Positions 1 through 11,464 of a stretch of DNA of 64,000 nucleotides are shown here, one piece after another. Position 1 is the first letter of the stretch. Every line of letters begins with the position of its first letter. This DNA is from Patescibacteria group bacterium. Lineage in GTDB: Bacteria > Patescibacteriota > Patescibacteriia > UBA10025 > JBIOWE01. The notes beneath the pieces were generated by a model that worked only from the letters and a program-made list of their open reading frames with translations, was not told where the DNA came from and ran no database searches. The translations under genes and the position numbers were made by a program. The stretch is from positions 73,395 through 137,394 of the forward strand of contig JBIOWE010000004.1 of NCBI GenBank assembly GCA_044868145.1. The letters run 5' to 3'.

Positions 1-492
1 GAGGAGAAACAGTACGAGGCTCAGGATTTCCCCTGGTGGGCGCTGATCGTCTTTTGGGTGGTCTTTACTCCACTCATCGTTGGTCTTCAACTTCTATTCA
101 CCAATGTTCCTTTCCTACTTAGTGGGTACTCGGCAGTGACGTTCTCGCTGACGTGCTATGAAGTGTTCCATTCGATCGAACACCGTCCAGAATCCTGGTG
201 GCTTCCACGGCTGAAGCACTCGCGCTTTGGATTCATCTGGAGGAAGATGTATGGATTTCATTTCATGCACCACGCGAATCCATCGGTCAATCTCGGTATC
301 TCTGGACTCTTTGGATACCCGTTCGCCGATTTGGTACTTGGGACCCTCTATCTGCCCAAGGGAGTTCTCCCGCTTGGCGAACCGGTCGATCCAAAGGACT
401 TTGTCGCGCCTCCTCCTTGTTCGATCGTCGAATGGCTAGATGGTTTATCGAAAAACAGGGAACGTCGGATTCGACTCGCCCAAACAAACTGA
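1..492 (+). CDS. Fatty acid hydroxylase / sterol desaturase superfamily protein, C-terminal part; the gene starts upstream of the window
   Basis: Frame 1 is open from base 1. Histidine-box motifs HSIEH (HX3H) and HFMHH (HX2HH) are typical of the membrane di-iron hydroxylase family. Confidence 0.5.
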   Translation, partial: EEKQYEAQDFPWWALIVFWVVFTPLIVGLQLLFTNVPFLLSGYSAVTFSLTCYEVFHSIEHRPESWWLPRLKHSRFGFIWRKMYGFHFMHHANPSVNLGISGLFGYPFADLVLGTLYLPKGVLPLGEPVDPKDFVAPPPCSIVEWLDGLSKNRERRIRLAQTN

Positions 493-571
493 TTATTGTT
501 CCTTAATAGAGCTCAGTGCTTCGCGCGCTGGGCTCTTTTTATTTCGTATCGTGATGCCCGTCGCGGCCCGC

Positions 572-600
572 GTGAAGCAAAGCGTTTTGCTTCACTTGTT
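572..600 (+). terminator. Hairpin gtgaagcaaa/tttgcttcac downstream of the hydroxylase gene; weak T tract
   Basis: 9-bp inverted repeat with a 4-nt loop about 80 nt after the stop codon. Confidence 0.3.
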
Positions 601-754
601 GCCGCGACCCACTGAAATACGGCTGTCAAAATTCTCCAACCTCCGGAGGCCGGACTCCCCGCATAGTCGCTTCGCGTATAGCGACGTGGTCGCAACGCAA
701 CTTTACGTCACTCCCTGCGGGGTAAACGAACCGACAATTTCTACAAACCTCTTG

Positions 755-826
755 CTCCGGGGGCGAGATTCGAACTCGCGGCCAATCGCTTAACAGGCGA
801 TCGCTCTGCCTCTGAGCTACCCCGGA
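755..826 (-). tRNA. tRNA-Asn (anticodon GTT)
   Basis: Manual fold gives acceptor UCCGGGG/CCCCGGA with U1-A72 and U8 A9. D stem GCUC/GAGC, anticodon stem AUCGC/GCGAU with loop CUGUUAA, T arm GCGAG-UUCGAAU-CUCGC and discriminator G, as in bacterial tRNA-Asn. No CCA is encoded. Confidence 0.8.
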
Positions 827-928
827 GCAAGAAGTTCGATTTTATTTTTTTCAAAAATACTCTTATCAACTCTACCATTGCTTGCCCCACCGAATGGCGG
901 GGAGCTATCGCGGAGGTTAGTAGATTTT

Positions 929-2095
929 TTAATAATCCTTCAATTTCCGCATGCCCTCGTGCATCTCGATCTTTTCCAACGCCTTCGCCTCAATCTGACG
1001 TATACGTTCGCGGGTGACGCCAAACTCCTTACCGACTTCTTCCAAGGTATGCGAGACGCCATCGTCCAGGCCAAAGCGCATCTCAAGAATTTTCTGTTCG
1101 CGCGGCGACAGTTCTCTGATGATATCGCGCATGTGGTCGCGCAAGAGCTGCATCGCGGCAACGCGGTCAGGCGTTATCGTTTTGACGTCCTCAATGAAGT
1201 CGCCGAGCACGGAATCCTCATCATCGCTATCGCCAACGGACGCTTCAAGAGATACCGTATCTTGAGAAATTTTAATGATATGGTGAATTTTTTCAACCGT
1301 CTCGCCCATTTCAGCCGCTATTTCTTCAGGCAATGGCTCTCGCCCAAGGTCCTGGATAAGTTGACGCTCGATCTGCTGAAACTTATTGATGGTTTCGACC
1401 ATGTGCACCGGGATACGAATCGTGCGCGACTGGTCGGCGAGCGCGCGCGTTATGGCCTGGCGAATCCACCATGTCGCATAGGTGGAAAACTTATACCCTT
1501 TCCGATAATCGAACTTTTCAACTGCACGAAACAAACCAATGTTGCCCTCTTGAATAAGGTCAAGAAGCGAGAGCGAACGGCCGGTAAACTTTTTTGCGAT
1601 AGAGACAACCAGTCTAAGATTCGCTTCCACAAGCCTCTTTCGCGCCTCCAGATCGCCTCGTTCCTGACGCTTCGCTAGTTGAAGTTCTTCTTCATGCGTG
1701 AGGAGCGGCACTTTTCCGATTTCACGGAGATACATCTGGATTGAGTCATTGGAAATGTCGCTCAAATCGTCAACAATTCGTTTCTCCTTTTTTTTGCGCT
1801 CTTTGACCGGTGGTGCGGTCGGTTCCAAAAACGATGTTTTGCGCTCAACAAGCTTTACCCCGAGTCTTTCTAATGTGCTGAGAAAATGTTCGTATTCATC
1901 GACAAAGAGTTCCACTTGAGGAAACACCTGCATCACTTCTTCTTCGATGACAAACCCGCGAGCTCTGCCCTTCGCAATTAATAAGTCAATGCGCTGCTGA
2001 TCAAGTTGTCTCGCTTTCGCGGCGCGTTTTATGCCCCGGCTAGACGATTTTGTTTTCTTCTTTAAAACCTTGCGAACGATTTTTTTCTTACGCAT
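929..2095 (-). CDS. rpoD: RNA polymerase sigma factor RpoD (sigma-70)
   Basis: Conserved region 2 to 4 sequences such as [14 protein letters not shown] and the LTAREE-like segment. It sits immediately downstream of dnaG, as in the classic macromolecular synthesis (MMS) operon. Confidence 0.9.
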   Translation of the reverse strand: MRKKKIVRKVLKKKTKSSSRGIKRAAKARQLDQQRIDLLIAKGRARGFVIEEEVMQVFPQVELFVDEYEHFLSTLERLGVKLVERKTSFLEPTAPPVKERKKKEKRIVDDLSDISNDSIQMYLREIGKVPLLTHEEELQLAKRQERGDLEARKRLVEANLRLVVSIAKKFTGRSLSLLDLIQEGNIGLFRAVEKFDYRKGYKFSTYATWWIRQAITRALADQSRTIRIPVHMVETINKFQQIERQLIQDLGREPLPEEIAAEMGETVEKIHHIIKISQDTVSLEASVGDSDDEDSVLGDFIEDVKTITPDRVAAMQLLRDHMRDIIRELSPREQKILEMRFGLDDGVSHTLEEVGKEFGVTRERIRQIEAKALEKIEMHEGMRKLKDY

Positions 2096-2140
2096 AATAA
2101 AAAATATTCCTTCCGACTGTCTTGTGAATAAAAAATCGGT

Positions 2141-3928
2141 TCAGGACTGAACGTCGCGGAGTTGCCCAAGCAATGAGTTAAGCTGCGCGCTATATTCACC
2201 TGCTCGCTGGCGATCACCGTCGTGTTCTGCGGTCCTTATCCGCTCTTGCATTTCATGCAGTTGCGCATGTATCGCGTGACGCTTGAGGTCCTTCACGCCC
2301 TCGCGAATCGTTACGCGCACCGCTTCCTCATCGAGAGGGGTAAATGATTGCTGCGCGCGAAAATACAATATGTCGGCATATTCGGCGAGCTCTTTTGCTT
2401 CTCGCCGCAATTCCTCAATAAACAATGCAAAGTCGAAATCGTGCTTTTGAGTATAGTAAAAAATCAGCTTTTTGTAAAGATCCTGCGTTTTCTCGTTCGA
2501 GATGGTGGTCGGCGAAAGTTGATCAATAATGTAGTTCAAGTGATCGGGAACTGCCAAACCGATGCCCACAAGATCTTCGGTCAATAATACGAACCGATCA
2601 TGCGGGCGTGATTGCGGTGGCGCTTCTTTTGGCGAACTCACGGTCTGAGGCTGGCGCATCTTTTTTATTTTATCCCAGAGTGCGTTTTCTTGGACGTTGA
2701 TCGTTCTCGCCAATTGCTGAACGTAATGAGATTGCTCGATTGAGTCCGCGATTTTGGCGATCAACGGCAAGAGAGATTTCGCAACCTGCTTTTTTCCGTC
2801 TACCGTTTTCGTGCTGTACTTACGCAGTGTTTTCTCAAAAAAGTACTCCATCACGGGCTTTGCTTTCTCAAGCGCATTTTTCCAGTCGTTGGGGTTTTGC
2901 CGAATGCACTCATCAGGGTCCTTGCCCGCGGGCAGATCGATCATCCGAACGTTCATCTCTTGGCTGAGTGCAACGTCGAGCCCGCGTCGGGACGCTTCTT
3001 CGCCGGCAACGTCTGTGTCGAACGCAAAGAGTATCGTATCTGTATACCGTCGCAGTAAACGTACATGGCCGGTCGTTAGCGCGGTTCCAGACGTCGACAC
3101 GACATTGGTTACGCCGGCCTGATGCGACGCGATAACATCCATATACCCCTCCACGACAACGGCGTTTTTCTGGGTACGTATTTCGTGCTTCGCCCGGTCA
3201 AGCCCAAAGACCACATCGCTTTTGTTGTAGAGAAGTGTTTGCGGCGAGTTGATATATTTTGCAACGTCCTTGCCTTCGGCAAGCGCGCGACCACCGAACC
3301 CGATTGTATTCCCGTGCACGTCCCGAATGGGGAACATAATGCGGTTGCGAAATCGATCGTAGAAACCCACGCCGCGCTCCTTTTTAATCGTTAGACCAGC
3401 GAGAAAAATGTCATTTTCTGAATACCCCTTTTTTCCCAAATGCTCGGCCAGGTTGCTCCAAGCATCAGGCGCAAAACCGAGGGAGAATAATTCTATCGTC
3501 TCGTCCGTAAGTCCCCGTCGCTTCAGGTAGGCACGGGCGTTTTGCCCAGTCGCAGTGAATAACTGGTCTCGATAAAAGGAAGCAGCGTCGCGCAGCAAAT
3601 CTTGAAGCTTCGTTTTCTGGTTCGTAAGCTCGGGATTGTAGGACCGGAGCTGTACGTTTGCTTTTTTCGCAAGCACGCGGAGCGCTTCCGGAAACTCCAT
3701 GCCTTCGATGCGCATCACAAACGTGAAAAGGTCCCCTCCTTCGCCACACCCGAAGCAGTGCCAAATCTGTCTGTCGGGCGAAACGAAAAACGACGGCGTT
3801 TTTTCCGAATGGAACGGACAAATGGCACGGAAACTTGTGCCAGCCCTCTTGAGCTGAATATATTCCTGGATAACGTCGACGATATTAAGTTTCGTCTTGA
3901 TTTCGTCAACTGGAGAGCCGAGTGACAT
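2141..3928 (-). CDS. dnaG: DNA primase DnaG
   Basis: N-terminal CHC2 zinc finger (CPFHSEKTPSF...HCFGCGEGGD), then TOPRIM-type motifs. Length is 595 aa. Confidence 0.9.
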   Translation of the reverse strand: MSLGSPVDEIKTKLNIVDVIQEYIQLKRAGTSFRAICPFHSEKTPSFFVSPDRQIWHCFGCGEGGDLFTFVMRIEGMEFPEALRVLAKKANVQLRSYNPELTNQKTKLQDLLRDAASFYRDQLFTATGQNARAYLKRRGLTDETIELFSLGFAPDAWSNLAEHLGKKGYSENDIFLAGLTIKKERGVGFYDRFRNRIMFPIRDVHGNTIGFGGRALAEGKDVAKYINSPQTLLYNKSDVVFGLDRAKHEIRTQKNAVVVEGYMDVIASHQAGVTNVVSTSGTALTTGHVRLLRRYTDTILFAFDTDVAGEEASRRGLDVALSQEMNVRMIDLPAGKDPDECIRQNPNDWKNALEKAKPVMEYFFEKTLRKYSTKTVDGKKQVAKSLLPLIAKIADSIEQSHYVQQLARTINVQENALWDKIKKMRQPQTVSSPKEAPPQSRPHDRFVLLTEDLVGIGLAVPDHLNYIIDQLSPTTISNEKTQDLYKKLIFYYTQKHDFDFALFIEELRREAKELAEYADILYFRAQQSFTPLDEEAVRVTIREGVKDLKRHAIHAQLHEMQERIRTAEHDGDRQRAGEYSAQLNSLLGQLRDVQS

Positions 3929-4038
3929 AATGAAAAATGAAAAATAAAAAATAAAATATCAAAATGACAGTGTAAAATGTAAAAATTTTTGATCTTTTAT
4001 TTGTCATTTTAATCTTTGATGTTTGATTTTTGAATTTT

Positions 4039-5082
4039 CTAGCGTTGGAAAACGGCAAAGTACACTTCGAAAAAAAGAAGTGTGAACCATCCGAGCATGA
4101 GCACGAACCACAATATAATCTGGATGCGTTCGGCACGCGTTTCTGCGGTAACGCTAAAATTCTCGGCTGTGGTCGTGTAGATGTCTTCGAGGCTGTCGAG
4201 CTTTTCACGAATACTTTGTGTCCAATTTTCGAGATGGAACTTCTTTCCGATCAACTCATACAGTTTTGCGGCGTACCAATCGCCAATGAGCTTAATGTTT
4301 CGCTCAACGTCTTCAAAGTCAATAATGGATTGGAGACGCAGCGCCATAAGTTCACGCATGGTCGCGCGAATTTCGTTCGTCTTCACCTTCGGCTTTGTAC
4401 TGACCAATTTATGCGTACGGATCAATCGTTGGTCGAGTTGCCAATCAAGGCTGCGTAACCGCAACAAGTGAGCGTTCGCCACCTGTAAAAGGTCTACCCC
4501 GTCGTCCCACTTGCCTTCGGGATCAAACAGAAACGCACCGTCCCAATCGACGATAATCAAATCGTCCTGCGCGTACTGAATGCGCGAGGCCAAAGTATTC
4601 TCCACCTCGTTCTTGTCGAGCGCAATTGGTTCGCTCTTTAAAAGGGACGCCATCGCGTTCTTGTAACCAAAGAATTGCTCCGGACTTCCAGCGTACCCCG
4701 ATACGCAAAACAAGGTATATTCTTCCACGAATCGCTTATCAACCTGTTGTTTATCCAAAATTTTATAGCCGACTTCAATGAGATCGTCTTTTAGCTGGAT
4801 ATTATCTATGGAAAAAATGTCCTGTACCTGCGCGATTACCTCAACGACAATAGTGTCCGGCATATACGCTTTCACGTTGATCCGAACCGAGAGCTGACCG
4901 ACCTTCTGCGTTTGCTCCTTGAGAACCTTTCGCGGAGGGAGCGTTTCAGTATACGAAGGTGAGCTACGAACATGCTTCACTTCTTCTGCCCCGCGCTTCG
5001 GCACAGCAGATTTGCTCTGAGCAACAACAAAGGCGATGATCTGACCTGGGATTTTTTTTGTTTGAGTGTTATTCATAGTCAT
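4039..5082 (-). CDS. Hypothetical protein with a C-terminal transmembrane helix; possibly DUF155/RMD1-like (uncertain)
   Basis: 347-aa ORF. Its hydrophobic C terminus is ILWFVLMLGWFTLLFF. The start codon lies 1 nt from the 15-nt tRNA-Ser 3' end repeat. No confident homology recognised. Confidence 0.4.
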   Translation of the reverse strand: MTMNNTQTKKIPGQIIAFVVAQSKSAVPKRGAEEVKHVRSSPSYTETLPPRKVLKEQTQKVGQLSVRINVKAYMPDTIVVEVIAQVQDIFSIDNIQLKDDLIEVGYKILDKQQVDKRFVEEYTLFCVSGYAGSPEQFFGYKNAMASLLKSEPIALDKNEVENTLASRIQYAQDDLIIVDWDGAFLFDPEGKWDDGVDLLQVANAHLLRLRSLDWQLDQRLIRTHKLVSTKPKVKTNEIRATMRELMALRLQSIIDFEDVERNIKLIGDWYAAKLYELIGKKFHLENWTQSIREKLDSLEDIYTTTAENFSVTAETRAERIQIILWFVLMLGWFTLLFFEVYFAVFQR

Positions 5083-5083
5083 A

Positions 5084-5098
5084 AATCGGAGGCGAGAG
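5084..5098. repeat. Direct repeat AATCGGAGGCGAGAG, identical to the 3' end of tRNA-Ser plus 3 trailer nt (second copy 5233..5247)
   Basis: Perfect 15/15 identity read directly from the sequence. The copies are 149 bp apart, with three GC-rich hairpins between them. Confidence 0.8.
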
Positions 5099-5235
5099 TC
5101 CCGCCACGAGGGCGGGATTTCGGTCGCCTAATGGCGACCTCAAGATTCTTCACTTTTTAAGAATTCGGAGAGGGTGGGATTTTCCGCCAAAGGCGGATCC
5201 GCCGTAGGCGGAGAACCCTGTCCTTAACCTGGAAT

Positions 5236-5322
5236 CGGAGGCGAGAGGATTCGAACCTCTGATACCCTTGCAGGCATACGTCCTTTCCAGGGACGCCCAT
5301 TCAACCGCTCTGGCACGCCTCC
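5236..5322 (-). tRNA. tRNA-Ser (anticodon GGA), long variable arm
   Basis: Acceptor GGAGGCG/CGCCUCC. Anticodon stem CGUCC/GGACG with loop CUGGAAA. Long variable arm. T arm AGAGG-UUCGAAU-CCUCU. Discriminator G. Confidence 0.8.
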
Positions 5323-5426
5323 CAAACACGTCAAAAAACCGCCAAAGTCAGTATACCATAGCACTTTTTTACCAAAAAGAAAAGCCCTCACGGAATCATG
5401 TTCCATGAAGGCTTAGAATCTCTGAC

Positions 5427-5735
5427 TTATGATGCGGTAACCGCCTTTGGCGAGGGGGATGTCGCACACACCTGACGCATGACCGAAAAAATCTGATCTG
5501 GCTTTCCTACAAGCTTGATATACCTACTGCTTTCTCCCTGAAGTGACGGTCGATCTTTCTCGGATAGTCCGCTGCACGCATATTGCACGTGCTCAAATGT
5601 TTTTCCATCCGGAATCGCACAAACAAGCTGGCGATGGTCTTCCTGCCCATTGGGCTGGAAAGAAAATGCGGTCACTCCACCTTGAGAAAGAATCTCCTTC
5701 ATCTCTGCGTAATAGCGATCTGTACTTCCATTCAT
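5427..5735 (-). CDS. Hypothetical small protein (102 aa)
   Basis: ORF with ribosome-binding site GGAGGT 5 nt upstream of the ATG. No recognisable family. Confidence 0.35.
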   Translation of the reverse strand: MNGSTDRYYAEMKEILSQGGVTAFSFQPNGQEDHRQLVCAIPDGKTFEHVQYACSGLSEKDRPSLQGESSRYIKLVGKPDQIFSVMRQVCATSPSPKAVTAS

Positions 5736-5923
5736 TATTTACCTCCATGGAATGAAGATTTTAAAAGTTTTTTTCCCAAAATAATCGCAGAGAACTCTCG
5801 AGTAAGCTATGTGAAGCCTGACAAATTATGTCACCTCCCTATTGCAAAGTTTAAGGTTGCCGGTTTGATAAAGGACAATACTCACAACTTCAAATATTAC
5901 GCTTACCACTCATTTTTGTCAAG

Positions 5924-8302
5924 CTACCTTCGTTCGGCGCTTTTTATCGCCAGCGTTGTCTTGATAACCGTGTCCGGGTTGAGTGAAATGGAATCAATGC
6001 GTTCGCGCGCCAGGAATTGGGCAAATTCCGGAAAGTCGGATGGCGCTTGGCCGCAAATACCGATCTTGATTTTGTTTTTGCGGGCGGCGCGTATAACGTC
6101 GCGGATCAGCGTTTTGACGGCAGCGTTCCTTTCATTATAAATGTGGCTGACCAGTTCCGAATCGCGATCAACGCCCAAGGTAAGCTGCGTTAGGTCATTC
6201 GAGCCAATGGAAAACCCATCGAAAATTTTGGCAAATTCATCCGCAAGAATCACGTTGGAAGGAATCTCGACCATAACGTAGACGTCCAGTCCATTCTTGC
6301 CTTGCACAAGCCCGTATTTTTTCATTGTCGCGATCACTTTCTTGCCTTCTTCAACGGTTCGGCAAAAAGGCACCATCACTTTAACGTTTGTCAGCCCAAT
6401 TTCGTTGCGTACTTTTTCAAGCGCTTTGCATTCAAGCGCGAACGCTGGCTCGTATTCTTTACTATAATAGCGGGACGCGCCGCGCCAACCAATCATCGGG
6501 TTGTCCTCGACGGGCTCAAACTGTTTCCCGCCGATCAGGTTCGCGTATTCGTTCGTTTTGAAGTCTGATAGACGCACAATAACGTCGTTCGGGTAGAACG
6601 CTGCGCCGATTGTTGCGACTCCGGCCGCAAGTTGGTCCACAAAAAATTGCGTTTTGTTCGCGTATCCCTTTGTCAGCAGATCGATTTGCCGTTTAGCGTG
6701 TTGGTCCTTCAGGCGCCTGTACTGCAATAACGCTTTTGGATGTATTTTGATGTATGAAGCAATAATAAATTCCTCACGCGCTAGCCCAACCCCGTCATTC
6801 GGAATAAAGGAAAGTTGAAACGCGAGCTCCGGATTCCCAACATTCATCATAATCTTCGTGCGTGGTCGTTTCATTCCTTTCAAATTAGTGCGTTGCACGC
6901 GGAACGGCAACAAACCTTTATAGACGATCCCTTGTTCACCCTCGGCGCAGGAAACGGTTATCGGTTGCCCGTTTTTGATTTTCCTCGTGCCCGTCCCAGT
7001 ACCCACTATGCACGGTATACCAAGCTCTCGGGAAATGATGGCCGCGTGGCACGTCCGGCCGCCGCGGTCGGTGATAATGGCGGACGCAATTTTCATAATC
7101 GGCTCCCAGTCCGGATCCGTCATGTCCGTCACGAGCACCTCGCCCTTCTTAAACGTACCGATCTCTTTTGGACTCAGGATAATGTGCGCTTTGCCCGCCC
7201 CGATCTTCGAGCCAACAGATGCGCCAGTGATCACAACGGCACCACGATGGCCTAACACATATTCTTCGTAGACGCTCATGTCGCGGCCGGACTGTACGGT
7301 TTCCGGTCGCGCTTGGATTAGATACAACTTGCCATCACGCCCGTCTTTCGCCCACTCCATATCCATGGGCTTACCATAATGTTCTTCAATGGTCACGGCA
7401 TGTCGTGCGAGCTCTAGTACTTCAGCATCAGACACGGAAAAACGTTTGCGGTCTTTGTCGGTGACGGGTACGACTCTTGTAGGCTTTGGCCCGGTCGCAT
7501 AAATCATTTTTACGCGCTTCTCCCCGAGCTTCCGCGAGAGAATCGCAGAATATCCTTTTTTCAGTGTTGGCTTAAACACATAGAACTCATCTGGAGTCAC
7601 TGCGCCCTGCACGATCGTTTCGCCCAAACCCCAGGAAGCGTTAATAACCACTGAGTTGCGAAAGCCGCTTTCCGTGTCTATGGAAAACATTACACCCGAC
7701 GTGGCGAGGTCGGAACGGATCATTTTTTGCACACCGATCGAAAGCGCTATTTTGAAATGGTCGAACTTTTTATCGTGCCGGTATGAAATTGCACGATTCG
7801 TAAACAACGAAGCAAAACATTTTTTGCACGCCTCAATGAGCGCTTGTTCCCCGCGGATGTTTAAATATGTTTCCTGCTGTCCGGCAAACGACGCATCCGG
7901 TAAGTCCTCCGCCGTGGCGGAAGATCGGACAGCCACGTCAGTATTCGCTCCGTACTCGCGGCAAAGCGTACGATACGCTTTCGCGATCGTCTCCTCCAAC
8001 TCTTTCGGCAAGGGCTTACTTAATATAAGACTGCGCACGCGGCTGCCGCGGCTGAACAAATCGCGGATATTCTGGGTATTTAGACCCTGCAAAATTCTTT
8101 TTATTTCTTTCTTTAATTGCTGTTTTTCGAGGTAAAAACGATACGCGCTTGCGGTCACGGCGAACCCGTCAGGGACGCGAACGCCTTTCCCGGTCAGCAT
8201 ACGGTACATTTCTCCGAGCGACGCGTTCTTGCCTCCGACAAGCGGTACGTCTCGCACGCCAATCTCACGAAACCACAAAATGAATTTACTCGATCTTGCC
8301 AT
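5924..8302 (-). CDS. ppsA: Phosphoenolpyruvate synthase (pyruvate, water dikinase)
   Basis: 792 aa. N-terminal ATP-grasp PEP-utilising enzyme motifs (GGKNASLGEM), a central phosphohistidine domain (GGRTCHAAIISRELGIP) and a C-terminal PEP-binding TIM barrel. Confidence 0.85.
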   Translation of the reverse strand: MARSSKFILWFREIGVRDVPLVGGKNASLGEMYRMLTGKGVRVPDGFAVTASAYRFYLEKQQLKKEIKRILQGLNTQNIRDLFSRGSRVRSLILSKPLPKELEETIAKAYRTLCREYGANTDVAVRSSATAEDLPDASFAGQQETYLNIRGEQALIEACKKCFASLFTNRAISYRHDKKFDHFKIALSIGVQKMIRSDLATSGVMFSIDTESGFRNSVVINASWGLGETIVQGAVTPDEFYVFKPTLKKGYSAILSRKLGEKRVKMIYATGPKPTRVVPVTDKDRKRFSVSDAEVLELARHAVTIEEHYGKPMDMEWAKDGRDGKLYLIQARPETVQSGRDMSVYEEYVLGHRGAVVITGASVGSKIGAGKAHIILSPKEIGTFKKGEVLVTDMTDPDWEPIMKIASAIITDRGGRTCHAAIISRELGIPCIVGTGTGTRKIKNGQPITVSCAEGEQGIVYKGLLPFRVQRTNLKGMKRPRTKIMMNVGNPELAFQLSFIPNDGVGLAREEFIIASYIKIHPKALLQYRRLKDQHAKRQIDLLTKGYANKTQFFVDQLAAGVATIGAAFYPNDVIVRLSDFKTNEYANLIGGKQFEPVEDNPMIGWRGASRYYSKEYEPAFALECKALEKVRNEIGLTNVKVMVPFCRTVEEGKKVIATMKKYGLVQGKNGLDVYVMVEIPSNVILADEFAKIFDGFSIGSNDLTQLTLGVDRDSELVSHIYNERNAAVKTLIRDVIRAARKNKIKIGICGQAPSDFPEFAQFLARERIDSISLNPDTVIKTTLAIKSAERR

Positions 8303-8310
8303 ACGTGTAC

Positions 8311-8316
8311 ATTATA
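8311..8316 (-). promoter_or_regulatory. TATAAT -10 box only 8 nt upstream of the ppsA ATG, implying a leaderless or very short-leader transcript
   Basis: The plus strand reads attata at 8311..8316. No Shine-Dalgarno sequence lies between it and the ATG. Confidence 0.3.
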
Positions 8317-8451
8317 TCAAAAAAATCACCCCTCGACGAGCTCGGGGTTTCTGAGAACAATGCTAGCAGAATTTCAAGTCAGTTGGTTTGCTGACCCTGA
8401 AGGAGGCAAAAGCCGAGCTCATGGCCGAGGGCAGGGTCGAAGACGGGGTTA

Positions 8452-8492
8452 ATAAAAAACAAAAATGCCCGAATGATCGTCGCCCCGGGCAT
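8452..8492 (-). terminator. Rho-independent terminator after the DUF4870 gene
   Basis: Stem atgcccg/cgggcat of 7 bp, followed on the minus strand by TTTTTGTTTTTT. Confidence 0.6.
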
Positions 8493-8517
8493 TTGAGTAT
8501 ACAGAGAAAAAAAACTG

Positions 8518-8826
8518 CTAAAAATTGATTTTCTTGGCAAGAGAACCAACAAGCGGAATTGACCATTTCTCTCCGGAAAGCGCCTTAAAGAAACCAATAA
8601 GCATAAAGGCGACGACCAAAAACCAAATGATCCAGCCGATAACCGGGATCCAGCCGATAAAAGACGCGATGAATAATATAAGCCCTTGCTTGGCGTGAAA
8701 AGAAACGAACTCATCGTCTTTTTTCAAAAAAAGCATCACAACGCTTAAAATCCAAAGATAGGAGAGCGCCGCGAATAATTTGGATTCTCCGCCGGATGAT
8801 GGTTGTTTGTCCATTGAATCGTTCAT
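8518..8826 (-). CDS. DUF4870-family small membrane protein
   Basis: Matches the ALSYLWIL...DEFVSFHAKQGLILFI pattern characteristic of DUF4870, with two transmembrane helices. Confidence 0.5.
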   Translation of the reverse strand: MNDSMDKQPSSGGESKLFAALSYLWILSVVMLFLKKDDEFVSFHAKQGLILFIASFIGWIPVIGWIIWFLVVAFMLIGFFKALSGEKWSIPLVGSLAKKINF

Positions 8827-9290
8827 ACAACACCTCCCCTCTGATTAGTTCGAGATAGGAGCGACCGCCCGAACGACAGCGCATAGCCAGTGATTATAGC
8901 GATAAAAACAAAAGTGATCGGCCGGGCAATCAAGAAGAAGATGCTCCACCAGGTATGATACCAAATTATTTCAAAGAGAGCGAGGAAGACACCGGAAAAA
9001 AAGCCGCAGACTCCCGCCACAGCAGAGGCTTCCTTCCAGCCCATACGCGTGAAACGCCAAGAGAGCATCACGAAGACGGCGACCGGTATGACCCATTCAA
9101 GAAAGGCGTACCGATCGATAATAATAATCACGGCTTCAAGGATGACGATGAGCACAGCCCAAAACCAAACCCGCCTACCGTAATACGCGACTGGCTTGCC
9201 GGCAAGCATTGCGCCTGCTTCTCTTTCATATTCAAGCCTCACGTTATCATCAACCATGTCTCCATTATAGCGCCATGGTAAAACCGACAC
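8823..9290 (-). CDS. Hypothetical multi-pass membrane protein
   Basis: 155 aa with several hydrophobic helices. It overlaps the downstream gene by 4 nt (ATGA), which suggests an operon. Confidence 0.4.
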   Translation of the reverse strand: MSVLPWRYNGDMVDDNVRLEYEREAGAMLAGKPVAYYGRRVWFWAVLIVILEAVIIIIDRYAFLEWVIPVAVFVMLSWRFTRMGWKEASAVAGVCGFFSGVFLALFEIIWYHTWWSIFFLIARPITFVFIAIITGYALSFGRSLLSRTNQRGGVV

Positions 9291-9320
9291 AAACCAAAAG
9301 GCAGGCTCTTGGCCTGCCTT
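9290..9320 (-). terminator. Rho-independent terminator downstream of groEL
   Basis: Stem aggcaggc/gcctgcct of 8 bp with a 5-nt loop, followed on the minus strand by a T-rich run. Confidence 0.55.
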
Positions 9321-9447
9321 CTTCTTTATTGAGAGAATCGTGAGTCAATTTTGGGTGCCGTAAGGCGGGTTCCCGAAATTGACGAACACAATCGAGGGAG
9401 AGGGAGGTGTGGGAAGGGAGAACCGTAGGTTCTTCCTTCCAGCTTTT

Positions 9448-11137
<1,690 letters not shown>

Positions 11138-11413
11138 TTATCCCAGTTTAGCAAGCACGTCCTCTTCCTTCAGCACCTTGTACTCAACGTCTTCGAGTTC
11201 CACTTCGTCGCCTGCGTATTTACCAAAAATCACCTTGTCCCCGACCTTCAGGCCAAGCTTTTTAACTTTTTCTCCTTCACCGACCGCCACGACTTCACCT
11301 TCTTCCTTTTTCTCTTTTTCGACGGTGTCCGGCAGTACGATTCCGGCTTTTGTCACTTCTTCTTGCGTGACCGGCTTCACAATAATCCGATCACCTAATG
11401 GAGTGAGCTTCAT
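11138..11413 (-). CDS. groS: Co-chaperonin GroES (Hsp10)
   Basis: 91 aa beginning MKLTPLGDRIIVKP. Mobile loop present; sits immediately upstream of groEL. Confidence 0.95.
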   Translation of the reverse strand: MKLTPLGDRIIVKPVTQEEVTKAGIVLPDTVEKEKKEEGEVVAVGEGEKVKKLGLKVGDKVIFGKYAGDEVELEDVEYKVLKEEDVLAKLG

Positions 11414-11464
11414 AAGATATTCGTAATGATTAATTATTTAATATTAGCGAAAATTGATGCGAAA

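Noticed and set aside
5583-6140. 185-aa plus-strand ORF
   Set aside because: Overlaps the ribosome-binding-site-supported minus-strand gene 5427..5735 and the 3' end of ppsA. No ribosome-binding site. Spurious.
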